Source: a virus (taxonomy: Duplodnaviria > Caudoviricetes). Taken from it: 64,000 nucleotides of DNA. Under the pieces are notes generated by a model. The model was not told the DNA's origin, ran no database searches, and saw nothing but the letters and a program-made list of their open reading frames with translations. Below are positions 24,604 through 33,344 of this stretch, piece after piece. The DNA lies in the IMG/VR virus record IMGVR_UViG_3300005444_000009, positions 2,191-66,190 of that record. One strand, 5' to 3'. Every line of letters begins with the position of its first letter. The first letter of the stretch is position 1. Position numbers and translations under genes: made by a program.

Positions 24604-24808
24604 CGATGTCCTCACCGCGTTTGATGAGCAGCACCTGCTCCTGCAGGGTAGTCGCCGCATTGATGTCAAGATGGTGAAGTGCCTCAGATTCCTTGCGCAG
24701 CTTGTCGCGGTAGTCCGCCAGCGCTAGGTCGAGCACTCGCAGCTCAATGTCAGTCAGGTCAATCAGCGACGCCTCAGGAATGCGCCGGAATCGAATCTTG
24801 GCCATCAT
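24596..24808 (-). CDS. Small helical protein
   Basis: GAGGAG SD before ATG 24808. Confidence 0.6.
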   Translation of the reverse strand: MMAKIRFRRIPEASLIDLTDIELRVLDLALADYRDKLRKESEALHHLDINAATTLQEQVLLIKRGEDIDE

Positions 24809-24838
24809 TACTCTCCTCAAAGACTCACTTCTCACTTC

Positions 24839-25045
24839 TCACTTCTTTGGCCAGTAGAAGAAGGCACAGCAGCCGAGAATCGCCAGGATGATGACGACTC
24901 CGATCAACTGTCCAACCTTACGCGCCCACCACAAGTCATTCACGACGTAACCTTCTCCGTCTTCTCGCTGGTTCTTAGGCCTAGAGCCCTCGAGCCCTGT
25001 AGTCATCCACTGTCCAGTGATTCCCGCAGCCTGGACAGTAACCAC
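24839..25045 (-). CDS. Small TM protein
   Basis: C-terminal hydrophobic helix; start uncertain. Confidence 0.5.
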   Translation of the reverse strand: MVTVQAAGITGQWMTTGLEGSRPKNQREDGEGYVVNDLWWARKVGQLIGVVIILAILGCCAFFYWPKK

Positions 25046-25232
25046 AGATCCACACTAGGTAGCAGTCTGGGCACTCATCGCCGTCCGGCATTTCACTGAC
25101 GTCAGAGTCGACACCAGGCGGGCACACAACTCCGCAGAACATGAGATTAGGTCTGCAGTCGCAGAAGATGTGATTACGCACAAGCTTAGCCAGCGCTGCG
25201 ACCTGCTCACTTACGAGCTCATCACCGATCAT
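24981..25232 (-). CDS. Cys-rich small protein
   Basis: Multiple CxC/CxxC motifs. Confidence 0.55.
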   Translation of the reverse strand: MIGDELVSEQVAALAKLVRNHIFCDCRPNLMFCGVVCPPGVDSDVSEMPDGDECPDCYLVWICGYCPGCGNHWTVDDYRARGL

Positions 25233-25995
25233 CTACTCGTTCCTCACTAGTCTCGGCCGCCTCCAGCTCCAGCAGCTTCCTACTCATTATACCAAGCGCA
25301 CGCTCACGAACGTCTTCACTAAGACCCAACTCCTCGAAGGTCAGCGACGTGGCTCTGAGCATGAGCTGCGCCTCCAGCTCGACCTGCCTAACCAGTCGCT
25401 CAGCGACGCCCGACTGGATCGCCATCTGGCTCACGCGCGCCAACTTGTCGTGCCACAGCTCAGACTGCTTAACCCAGTAGTGCATGTTCGTACCCTGTGC
25501 ATCATGCGTGCGTCCCGCCTCCGAGATCGCGTTCTCGCTCGGCGGCTCGAGCTGCCTATCCACCTCAGCCTGCGCCAGCTTCTGCTCACAGAAGGCCACC
25601 TTGCCCGCCGCTATCTTCACCGCCGTCAGCAGCGCCTCCCAGGGCGTCACGTCCAGCGCCCGTGCGAACGCGTGCGCCACGATCCACGCTCCCTCCCTGT
25701 TGCCTCGCTCCGTGTTGCCGCCGTGTCGATAGCATAGCCCAACTCCCGCGTGCGACGTGCCGGACCCGGCGGGCACGTCGCACAGGTACCCGCGGTTCGG
25801 CCCCGACTCGATGAGCGCGAAGCACAGAGTGACGTCCGGGTTCCGCCGCAGCGCCTCACCTCGCTGCCCCTCGCCCGCCCACGTCAGAGTCTCCACGTCC
25901 ACTACGAGTCCGTCCCCGAGCCACGTTCGCTCCTCCGCGACTCGCCGGGATTCAGCCACCTCCCAGGGCATCAGCTCGAACCTCGGCTCAGTCAC
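25222..25995 (-). CDS. Probable terminase small subunit (HGGxSTG-like)
   Basis: C...CDVPAGSGTSHAGVGLCYRHGGNT zinc motif followed by long helices; first gene after the repeat-rich intergenic region. Confidence 0.6.
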   Translation of the reverse strand: MTEPRFELMPWEVAESRRVAEERTWLGDGLVVDVETLTWAGEGQRGEALRRNPDVTLCFALIESGPNRGYLCDVPAGSGTSHAGVGLCYRHGGNTERGNREGAWIVAHAFARALDVTPWEALLTAVKIAAGKVAFCEQKLAQAEVDRQLEPPSENAISEAGRTHDAQGTNMHYWVKQSELWHDKLARVSQMAIQSGVAERLVRQVELEAQLMLRATSLTFEELGLSEDVRERALGIMSRKLLELEAAETSEERVDDR

Positions 25996-26007
25996 CTTAA
26001 GCCTCCT

Positions 26008-26373
26008 CCGTTTCCGTTTCCGTTAGTTTCTTGTATGAGCCGAAAAACGCCGCAGATTGTCTGTGTTGTCCGTCTGAGTCCAGATCCCGTATCTACATAG
26101 TCGGTCTAGATGAGTCCAAACTCCGTATTGGCAATAGAATCTATATAACTGGAAACTGGAAACAAATATATCTCAATCTAAGCATCTAGAAACTCATTCA
26201 TCGAGCTCAGCTGGCTCACACCTACTTATGATCCTACCTCTTCGACCGGAAACAGAACCGGAAACGCAACCGGAAACTTTCACCGATTTCGTCCGACCGG
26301 AAACTCACGTACTCACGCATTCGTCTCACTTAAGCTCATACTCGACGCCGACCGGCAACGGCTTGTTTCCGGT
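26008..26373. repeat. ACCGGAAAC repeat array beside an AT-rich stretch (candidate ori/pac)
   Basis: Copies at 26245, 26257, 26269 (12-bp period) and 26296; inverted copy at 26365; variants at 26148-26163 and 26351. Confidence 0.75.
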
Positions 26374-26406
26374 TTCGACGCCCGCTCCGAAGCCGCCGCG
26401 CCTCGG

Positions 26407-28962
26407 CTACGGGCCCTCGACGGCCGGCGAGTCGACCAGCAGCCGCACGCCGTGCCAGACCTTCGGCGTCTTTCCCGCGATGCGCATCGTGTCCCGCTTC
26501 AGGCCGCGCGCTCCGAGCTCACGGCCGAGCTTCGTGCTGCTCTGCACGTCCTTAAACCCGTTCTCGAGGCACCACCACCGGTACGACCCGTACAGCCTCG
26601 CGGACTCGCAGTACGAGTCGACGGCGCCGAGCTCGACGCAGTCGGCCAGCCACGAGCCGATCGTGTCCTCCTCGGCGCGGTACTCCCTGGTCGCGAGCGC
26701 GACGGCCTCCACGCCGCCGAGCTGCCCGAGCGTCCGCCAGTCCCGCAGGCCCGTCACGGCCCAGTTCAGTATGCCCGGCAGCTCGCTAGCGAGCACGTCC
26801 TCGTAGTCCAGGATCTTCGTGTCCGCGGTCAGCGCCGCCGTGAACGGCACGAGCTGCAGCCTGCGCCAGATGCCCTCGTCGTTGCCGCGGATCTCCGGCT
26901 TGTGGTTGCCCGAGATCCACAGCTTGAACTGCGGCGTGTACCTGAAGAAGTCCTGCCGCATGAACCGCGCCTTGATCTCGCGCCCGGTCATCATCTTGAT
27001 CCGCTGCTCCGCGAGCTTCTTATCACGGTCGGTCTCGTCGCAAACGACCAGGCGCGCGCCGCGTAGGTCCGCCAGCTGGGTCGGGTGGCCGCCGGTGCCG
27101 GTCAGCAGGTTCTCGTCCCCGGTAGTCGCGTACGTCCCCATGAGAGTCTTAACGATGTCCAGGAACGTCGACTTACCGTTGTCCCCAGTTCCCCACAGAA
27201 AGAACAGCTTCTGCTCACCGGTCTGGCCCGTTAGGGTGTACCCGACCGCCCGGCGCAGCCACGCGGCCAGGTTCACGTCGCCCCTGGTAACGAACTCGAC
27301 GTGCTTCTCCCACAGCGGGCAGGTAGCCCCGGCGTCGAAGGCTACGTCCGCCAGCCGGGTGTTTAGGTCCTCCGGCAGCGAGTCTCGGAGGAGCCCGGTG
27401 CGCAGGTCCAGCGTGCCGTTGCGCAGGACCAGCAGCCACGGGTCCGAGTCCAGGTGATCCGGCTTGATCGCGATGCCGGGCTCCGCCGCCGCCGAGTCGA
27501 GCATCGCGCGGCGCCGGGCCAGCGCCTGTGAGGTCTTAGCCCAGTTCTCCACGTGCTCCCGCCGGTCGCCCTCCAGGCGGCCCGCCTCCACGTACAGGTC
27601 CTCGATGACCACCCGGGTCAGGTTTAGCGCACGGTTCAGCTCGTCCGGCGCCCAGCGCGCGCCGTCCCACAGGTACCAGCGGCCCTCGCCGACGCAGAAG
27701 CGGACCGCCTCGCGCATGCGCTGCGCGAACCGCGAGCCGTTCCCCGTGTCCGTCGTGTGGAACGTCAGGTCCGGGCGCTCCAGGAGCTCGGCGGCGGTCG
27801 CTCCGCCCGCGCCTCCCCGAGCCGCGCCGTCGACCTCACCTCCTGGTATGATTACCGACGTTGCTCCCTCCGAGGATGTGACCATGCCGGACTCGGCACC
27901 AGCTGGCGACCATGCAGCTGGTGCCGCGTTCGCTTCTTCAGCCGAGCGCTCCGACCTCGGCGGGCGCCACGCCGGAATGTCCGAGACGTCCTCCGGCTGG
28001 ACCTCATCCCAGACCCGCCTGAGCTTGTAGGCGCACGACTCCCAGGGAAACACGTCGCCCGGCGGGTGCTCCATGCGCAGCCACTCGTGACGCAGCGCCG
28101 CGGCCGCGTCCGCCCGGGTACTCCCGGCCCGCCGCAGTCGGAAGCACAGGTCGTTGATGAAGTAGTCCCGGTGCCCCGCTGGGCAGCCTCCGCCGTGAAT
28201 GATCTGGTGAAAGTTATAGTCGTCCGGGACCGACGCCGCCGAGTCACCCACCTTACGAGAGGTGTAGCGGCCGCCCTTAACCGTCAGCAGCCAGCTCAGC
28301 AGGTTCCCGGTCGCCTCCGCCTCCGCGGCGTCCACGAGCGTGCTGTACTGCCCACCCGCCACGTGCGCCGACGGCGGAGCTAGGACGTAGCCGCCGTCCG
28401 CCTTGACGTCCACTCCCGGCAGGACCCTATTTCTACTCTTAACGCGCAGGTTCGGGTCGACGCGCAGCCACAGGTGCACGCCTCCCGACCCGGTCTGGAT
28501 CCGCCGCGTCGGCGTTGGCAGGCTCGACCCGCCGGTCCACGACTCCCAGTCGTCCAGGACCTCCAGGCCCGCCGGGAGGTCCACCCTGGACGGCTTGGCC
28601 TCGGCGTCGATGACGACCAGTCCGCGACCCGTGGCCACGCCTAAGTTGAACGGCGCCCAGCCGTGCGGCTTGATCCCCGGCGGAGTGAACCACTGCCGAA
28701 CGGTGTCTACGGCGAGCTCCGCGTCATTGTGCCCGTGTGGGACCAGTCGGCCGACGGGGTGCTTTCCCGCGTTCTCGCAGGTAGGTGAGCCGCAGGCGCA
28801 GCGCAGCTCGGTGACGAGCTCACCGCCCAGCTCCAGTCGGTGTGCCCGGACGCCCCAGATCGGGAACACGCGAACACCACGGCCGACCAGCGCCAGCGCG
28901 GACTCGAGAACTTGACCTCCCAGCTCCGCCGGGTCCCAGCCTACCTGTGGTAGATTAGACAA
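26407..28962 (-). CDS. Bifunctional primase-polymerase fused to D5/P4-type SF3 helicase
   Basis: FPIWG, NLGVATG, LVVIDAE, TGSGGVHLW, GVDVKADGGYV; helicase WGTGDNGKSTF and KFxPQFKLW-like motif. Confidence 0.92.
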   Translation of the reverse strand: MSNLPQVGWDPAELGGQVLESALALVGRGVRVFPIWGVRAHRLELGGELVTELRCACGSPTCENAGKHPVGRLVPHGHNDAELAVDTVRQWFTPPGIKPHGWAPFNLGVATGRGLVVIDAEAKPSRVDLPAGLEVLDDWESWTGGSSLPTPTRRIQTGSGGVHLWLRVDPNLRVKSRNRVLPGVDVKADGGYVLAPPSAHVAGGQYSTLVDAAEAEATGNLLSWLLTVKGGRYTSRKVGDSAASVPDDYNFHQIIHGGGCPAGHRDYFINDLCFRLRRAGSTRADAAAALRHEWLRMEHPPGDVFPWESCAYKLRRVWDEVQPEDVSDIPAWRPPRSERSAEEANAAPAAWSPAGAESGMVTSSEGATSVIIPGGEVDGAARGGAGGATAAELLERPDLTFHTTDTGNGSRFAQRMREAVRFCVGEGRWYLWDGARWAPDELNRALNLTRVVIEDLYVEAGRLEGDRREHVENWAKTSQALARRRAMLDSAAAEPGIAIKPDHLDSDPWLLVLRNGTLDLRTGLLRDSLPEDLNTRLADVAFDAGATCPLWEKHVEFVTRGDVNLAAWLRRAVGYTLTGQTGEQKLFFLWGTGDNGKSTFLDIVKTLMGTYATTGDENLLTGTGGHPTQLADLRGARLVVCDETDRDKKLAEQRIKMMTGREIKARFMRQDFFRYTPQFKLWISGNHKPEIRGNDEGIWRRLQLVPFTAALTADTKILDYEDVLASELPGILNWAVTGLRDWRTLGQLGGVEAVALATREYRAEEDTIGSWLADCVELGAVDSYCESARLYGSYRWWCLENGFKDVQSSTKLGRELGARGLKRDTMRIAGKTPKVWHGVRLLVDSPAVEGP

Positions 28963-29011
28963 AGGTACGACCTCCTCGGTTGTGCCGCCCGTCGGGCGTC
29001 GGGTCCCCCCC

Positions 29012-29171
29012 GTAACCGGTGTCGACGGCGGCGCCCCGGGCTCGAGTTACTTGCTAGGTAGCTCGGTCCCGGGGCGCCTGGGTTCAGTTAGCCGGTCACA
29101 ACTCGATTCTAAACCGAACCGCGGTCGCGTGATCAGCATCAGGAACCACACGCGCGACGGCGATCGGTTAC
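29012..29171. other. Structured divergent intergenic region
   Basis: Closing 7-bp GTAACCG/CGGTTAC, 11-bp stem 29030-29078, 8-bp stem 29124-29158. Confidence 0.4.
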
Positions 29172-29223
29172 CGTAGACCCGTAGGCGTTGACCTTGAGGC
29201 TAGGACAAGTGAGGTGAGAGAAG

Positions 29224-29673
29224 GTGACGAGTAAGTTGACCGTTCAGCCGAGTCTCGTGGAGCTCGAGGGCCGTAACGGCTCGCGACACGAGTTCACCGG
29301 CGCGCTGCTGGGATCAGGCAGCAGCCGCAGCGAGCACCACTCCGACCACCGCGGCGAGTCCGCACAGCGCGGCACCAAGTGCTCCGCATGCCGCTGGTTC
29401 GAGGTGGCCATCTACCGGCGAGAGCCCAATCGTCACAATCGCGGCGTCGCGGACTACGTCGTGCACACTGTCGGCAACACAACGGTGCACGGTGAACGTC
29501 GCCTCAGCCGCATTAAGTACACCCGCAGCGCGTTCGACGTCCTTGAGCTGCTGACGGTGCGACCCGTCGACCGCGACCCGTTCATCGCCGCGCAGTCGGC
29601 GCGCGCACTGGCGCAGGCCGCTCAGCTCGATGAAGACATTCGTGACGCGTACATCAACCGAGCGGTGGTGTAG
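29224..29673 (+). CDS. Hypothetical protein
   Basis: First gene of the plus arm; CSACRWFEVAIYR motif. Confidence 0.7.
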   Translation: MTSKLTVQPSLVELEGRNGSRHEFTGALLGSGSSRSEHHSDHRGESAQRGTKCSACRWFEVAIYRREPNRHNRGVADYVVHTVGNTTVHGERRLSRIKYTRSAFDVLELLTVRPVDRDPFIAAQSARALAQAAQLDEDIRDAYINRAVV

Positions 29674-29675
29674 CG

Positions 29676-29858
29676 ATGCACGAGGCCATACTTGCCGCGG
29701 CGGTCGTTGGCGTGGCGCTAATCACCGGAGTCATCGTTGGACTGGTCGTGTACCTCGTGTTCATGCGTAGCCTCGGGGAGGACGACGGCTACCCACGGCT
29801 GCGCGCCGCTAGGACGCCGGCTCGTCGGTCGCCGTTCGCGCCGGAGCGCACCGAGTGA
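29676..29858 (+). CDS. Small TM protein
   Basis: N-terminal hydrophobic helix. Confidence 0.55.
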   Translation: MHEAILAAAVVGVALITGVIVGLVVYLVFMRSLGEDDGYPRLRAARTPARRSPFAPERTE

Positions 29859-30181
29859 TCCAGTACGGCTCTGGGCGCTACCGCCGCGGCGCGTCGCTGA
29901 TCTGGTACGCCCGCGGCGCGGGTGGCCGGATCTGCGACCTTCCGCATAGGCACCTTGACATGATCGCTGAGGCGATCATTCACGCTCACCCGAAGTACGT
30001 AACGCGTCCCGTGCGTGAGCTGCTCGTCTCCGGTCGGTTCATCCGGTCACAGCACTGGCAGCTGCGCGGCGTTACTCTGGCGCAACTGCGAGAGCGGCAG
30101 CTACTGAACTCGTCGCGCGCCTACGCGATTCGGCGACACAAGATGATTACGATTATGTCGACAGCGCCGCCTACCGTGTGA
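29855..30181 (+). CDS. Basic hypothetical protein
   Basis: GTGA overlap with upstream gene. Confidence 0.55.
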   Translation: MIQYGSGRYRRGASLIWYARGAGGRICDLPHRHLDMIAEAIIHAHPKYVTRPVRELLVSGRFIRSQHWQLRGVTLAQLRERQLLNSSRAYAIRRHKMITIMSTAPPTV

Positions 30182-30187
30182 TAGTAT
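30158..30187 (+). promoter_or_regulatory. Possible promoter for the tRNA
   Basis: TCGACA-N18-TAGTAT with extended TG. Confidence 0.45.
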
Positions 30188-30255
30188 TAGTCCTATCCTG
30201 AATACGCGGGCGGTCGCTGACGCCCTGGTCACGACCGCTCGTAGTCAGGTAGCAG

Positions 30256-30330
30256 CGCGGGTTGGGGAAGCTCGGAGTTCCCGCGGGCCTCATAAGCCCG
30301 AGATCACTGGTTCGAATCCAGTACCCGCGT
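30256..30330 (+). tRNA. tRNA with CAT anticodon (Met-type), CCA not encoded
   Basis: Full cloverleaf: CGCGGGT/ACCCGCG, GGGA/TCCC, CGGGC-CTCATAA-GCCCG, ACTGG-TTCGAAT-CCAGT. Confidence 0.92.
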
Positions 30331-30451
30331 CGAGGGGACCCCCGGCTGTGGAGATGCCAGGATAACAAGGGGGATAGTGAGCTCGAGCGGAACAGACCGG
30401 TCACACCGGCGTCCCCCCGCTCAAGATAAGTGAGAAGTGAGGTGATGAGCT

Positions 30452-30757
30452 GTGCCGCAGCTCGACGTAAGTCTCGTACTCCAGGTCAATGAGTATCGAG
30501 CTCTTCTTGAGGTCGCGATGTCCAACGCCGCGGACGCCGACGCGCGAGTTGTCTTTCACAGGCGCCGGATCCGGCGCTACTGCATTCGGCAGCACTACTC
30601 CGAGAACGCCATGCGCGACAAGTTCAAGTTGGACTACGACTTGAGTGACGCTCTGGACTCATACCGCTACTGGTGTAGCGAGGTCCAGCGGTACGCGTCC
30701 GCGATTCAGGCGCTCGCCGCCGTCTACCAGGTAAAATCTTCTAGTGAAAGAGAGTAG
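30452..30757 (+). CDS. Hypothetical protein
   Basis: Preceded by tandem AAGTGAG and GAGGTG SD. Confidence 0.65.
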   Translation: MPQLDVSLVLQVNEYRALLEVAMSNAADADARVVFHRRRIRRYCIRQHYSENAMRDKFKLDYDLSDALDSYRYWCSEVQRYASAIQALAAVYQVKSSSERE

Positions 30758-30763
30758 TGAAAA

Positions 30764-31648
30764 GTGAGTAACCAGGACTGGCAGAACAACTTCATTAAGC
30801 GCTGTGAAGGTGTCGACTGGCGCGTCGAGCTCTCGGCGTCGAACCACTACAAGGTCTACTCGGCCGAGCGTGGCTTTCTGTTCTCCTTCTCGAAGACGCC
30901 GGGCGACAAGCGAGCCATGCTCAACGCGGTCTCCGCCGCGAAGAAGCACGGCATCGAGCAGCTGGAGACGCAGGTGAAGCTGCAGCGTGAGCGTGAGCGA
31001 CTGGTCCGAATCGAGAAGGACCGCGAGACCAACGGCTTCGTTGTAAGTGACGTGACGACGGAGGCCGACCTTAAGCCAGCCGCAGCCGTCGAGCAGCCCA
31101 ACCTCGGCTTCGTCAACGGCGTTCAGATCATCGCCATCGCGCCGGCAAAGATTAAGACTCCCGTGATGACAGAGCCGCGTCCGCTGGCGGACGCCGAGGA
31201 GCTCATGCTGGCCGATGAGTCGGTGGTGTACCGCTGCCGCAAGCCTGCGGCGACGACTAACCACCCCGAGCTGGAGGGCATCTGTGAGCGAACGTTTCCA
31301 GTCGTCGGCAGCCTGCAGGCGCACATCACGTACCACAGTCGTAAGACCATGCCGTCGGTGACGATAGCCAACCAGACCCGGCTCGCCCGGGCAAGCTCGA
31401 AGGAGACTCCCGAGGTGCCCACCACGAAGACCAAGGCCGAGAAGGTGACCAACGCTAACTCACCCACCGAGCTCGGCAAGCGCATCGACGCGGCGCTCGA
31501 CGCCGTCGGACTGCTCGCTGCGGCGGCAACATCGATCAAGGCCGAGCTGACTGACCTCAAGACGGACCTCGACAAGATTCAGATCGCGGACCCCGCGACG
31601 GTCCAGAAGGCCGCACAGTTCGACAACCTCAAGGCCATGCTGAGCTAG
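30764..31648 (+). CDS. HicA-like N-terminal domain, C2H2 zinc finger and coiled coil
   Basis: WRVELSASNHYKV...KTPGDKRAMLN; CERTFPVVGSLQAHITYH. Confidence 0.65.
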   Translation: MSNQDWQNNFIKRCEGVDWRVELSASNHYKVYSAERGFLFSFSKTPGDKRAMLNAVSAAKKHGIEQLETQVKLQRERERLVRIEKDRETNGFVVSDVTTEADLKPAAAVEQPNLGFVNGVQIIAIAPAKIKTPVMTEPRPLADAEELMLADESVVYRCRKPAATTNHPELEGICERTFPVVGSLQAHITYHSRKTMPSVTIANQTRLARASSKETPEVPTTKTKAEKVTNANSPTELGKRIDAALDAVGLLAAAATSIKAELTDLKTDLDKIQIADPATVQKAAQFDNLKAMLS

Positions 31649-31659
31649 TTTTATACCTA

Positions 31660-31694
31660 CGGCTCGGGACGCCCCAGCTCAGCGTCCCGAGCCG
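31660..31694 (+). terminator. Terminator-like hairpin
   Basis: 13-bp stem CGGCTCGGGACGC with 9-nt loop. Confidence 0.65.
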
Positions 31695-31734
31695 CCGTTC
31701 CTTCCTAATCTACTTTGAAGTTGGAGAATGACAA

Positions 31735-32277
31735 GTGACCGTTGAGATCATCGAGGCCGCCCCGGACGCTGACGTCCCGGGCGGTTCCTCATTTCTAGCC
31801 GACGCACTGACACACGACGATGAGGTCGACAGCGACGCGACGCAGGTACTCCAGAGCGTCGCGTGGCCAATGGACCCGGAACTCGAGCCTAATCCTCCAC
31901 GTAGGTCGTGGTACCGTCGCGCCCTCGGCGTTCTGCGTCGAGCTCTGGCGTGCGTTCGAGAGTCTGTCGGCCGGTTGACCAGCGGCATCGACGTCGCTAC
32001 CCGGCGTTGGGTCTACGCCGGTCGGCACCACATCGTCAAGCCCGTAGGCCACCGGGTTCGCACGACCCCGCTCGGACGTGACCGGTCCACCTCCGAGTAC
32101 AGCCGCGCCGTCCAGCGGCGCACCCGCGAGGCCGCCGACCAGGAGGGTGACTTAGCCGACTACTTCCGACCCGGCGACACGTTCGTCGACTGGTGGACCG
32201 CGACGCACGAGTCGCTCCGCCGGGCGCAGTTCAACCGCAAGTATCTACCGGCGCACGGTGAGTGGCTATGCTCATAA
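31735..32277 (+). CDS. Hypothetical protein
   Basis: 180-aa ORF translationally coupled to the kinase gene. Confidence 0.6.
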   Translation: MTVEIIEAAPDADVPGGSSFLADALTHDDEVDSDATQVLQSVAWPMDPELEPNPPRRSWYRRALGVLRRALACVRESVGRLTSGIDVATRRWVYAGRHHIVKPVGHRVRTTPLGRDRSTSEYSRAVQRRTREAADQEGDLADYFRPGDTFVDWWTATHESLRRAQFNRKYLPAHGEWLCS

Positions 32278-33344
32278 TCCTCGAGGGGCCGGACGGCGTC
32301 GGTAAGACGACGCTGGCCGAGAAGCTGCGTTCACTGATTCTCAAGGTCGATCCACGGAGCACGGTGTGCGTGCTGCGCAAGGGTCCGCCGACGTCTCATC
32401 CACTGGATGAGTACCTCACGCCGCTGCTCAACTACCGGCCGAACCAGGGACTTCACCTGATCCTCGACCGTTGGCACATCGGCGAGTGGGTATACCCACG
32501 CCTCAGCTACCGCAACTCTCAACTCGATAACGCGGTGTACTGGTACCTCAACCAGTGGATTCGCCGACTCGGCGGCCTACTGGTGTACTGCCACACCGAC
32601 GCGGCGCGCGCCGAGCAGATCTACCGTGAGAGAAGCTCAACCCACTACTTCGAGCAACCCGGCGTGTACGAGAAGGCTGAGCTGCTGTTCACCCAGGCGT
32701 TGAACTTGGCCGAGCTTCCGCAGGTGACCTACGACTGGGACGATCCCGAGGTCGTCGACCCGGCGAACATCGTGCGCACGGCACAGACTCGCGACGACTA
32801 CATGACGCACCTTAACGACTTCGTGACATATGTCGGTCGACGTCGTCCCGAGTACCTACTGGTTGGTGAGGTGCGACACGGCCTCGACGTCCAGGCGCAG
32901 CAGTCGTTCTCAACCGATCCACGTCCGGCGTTCATGCCCTACCGAGCGACGTCGGGCCACTGGCTCATAAGTTCACTTCTCACCAGTGAGAGGTTGCGCC
33001 AGTCGGCGGGACTGGCCAACGCGTGTGACGTCGACGACGTACACGCCCTGTGGTACCTCCTGGACAAGCCTAAGGTAGTCGCACTGGGTCGCAGCGCAGC
33101 CAAGGAACTTGGTAGGATCGGCGACATACCGTTTGGGATCACGCCGCACCCGCAGTTTGGCCGACGCTTTCACTACCGAGATCAGGCGTCATACGCGGAT
33201 ACGATCTTTCGCGCACTCGAGAATCAGGAGGACCACTCTAAGTGGCGAGGCTCATTGAAGGACGCTACGGCTGTGACATCTACGGCGAGGTCATTGAGAC
33301 CGTTAGGCGCTTCGGTAGACGGCAAGACTCCCGCAACGGAGTAG
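32268..33344 (+). CDS. dNMP (thymidylate-like) kinase fused to a UDG-fold domain
   Basis: LIILEGPDGVGKTT, ILDRWH; C-terminal LLVGE...SGHWL...VVALGRSA...HPQF. Confidence 0.75.
   Translation: MLIILEGPDGVGKTTLAEKLRSLILKVDPRSTVCVLRKGPPTSHPLDEYLTPLLNYRPNQGLHLILDRWHIGEWVYPRLSYRNSQLDNAVYWYLNQWIRRLGGLLVYCHTDAARAEQIYRERSSTHYFEQPGVYEKAELLFTQALNLAELPQVTYDWDDPEVVDPANIVRTAQTRDDYMTHLNDFVTYVGRRRPEYLLVGEVRHGLDVQAQQSFSTDPRPAFMPYRATSGHWLISSLLTSERLRQSAGLANACDVDDVHALWYLLDKPKVVALGRSAAKELGRIGDIPFGITPHPQFGRRFHYRDQASYADTIFRALENQEDHSKWRGSLKDATAVTSTARSLRPLGASVDGKTPATE

Noticed and set aside
26245-26304. CRISPR array (given a Cas4-like gene at 39255)
   Set aside because: 9-bp units with 3-nt gaps are not CRISPR repeats; the Cas4-like gene is in a Sak4/SSB recombination module
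26228-26806. 192-aa plus-strand ORF
   Set aside because: Its PETEPETQPET start is a translation of the DNA repeats, and the rest is antisense to the helicase
30369-30417. Second tRNA-like element (GGGGGA...TCCCCC)
   Set aside because: Too short, with no T-loop or D-arm; at most a hairpin or remnant
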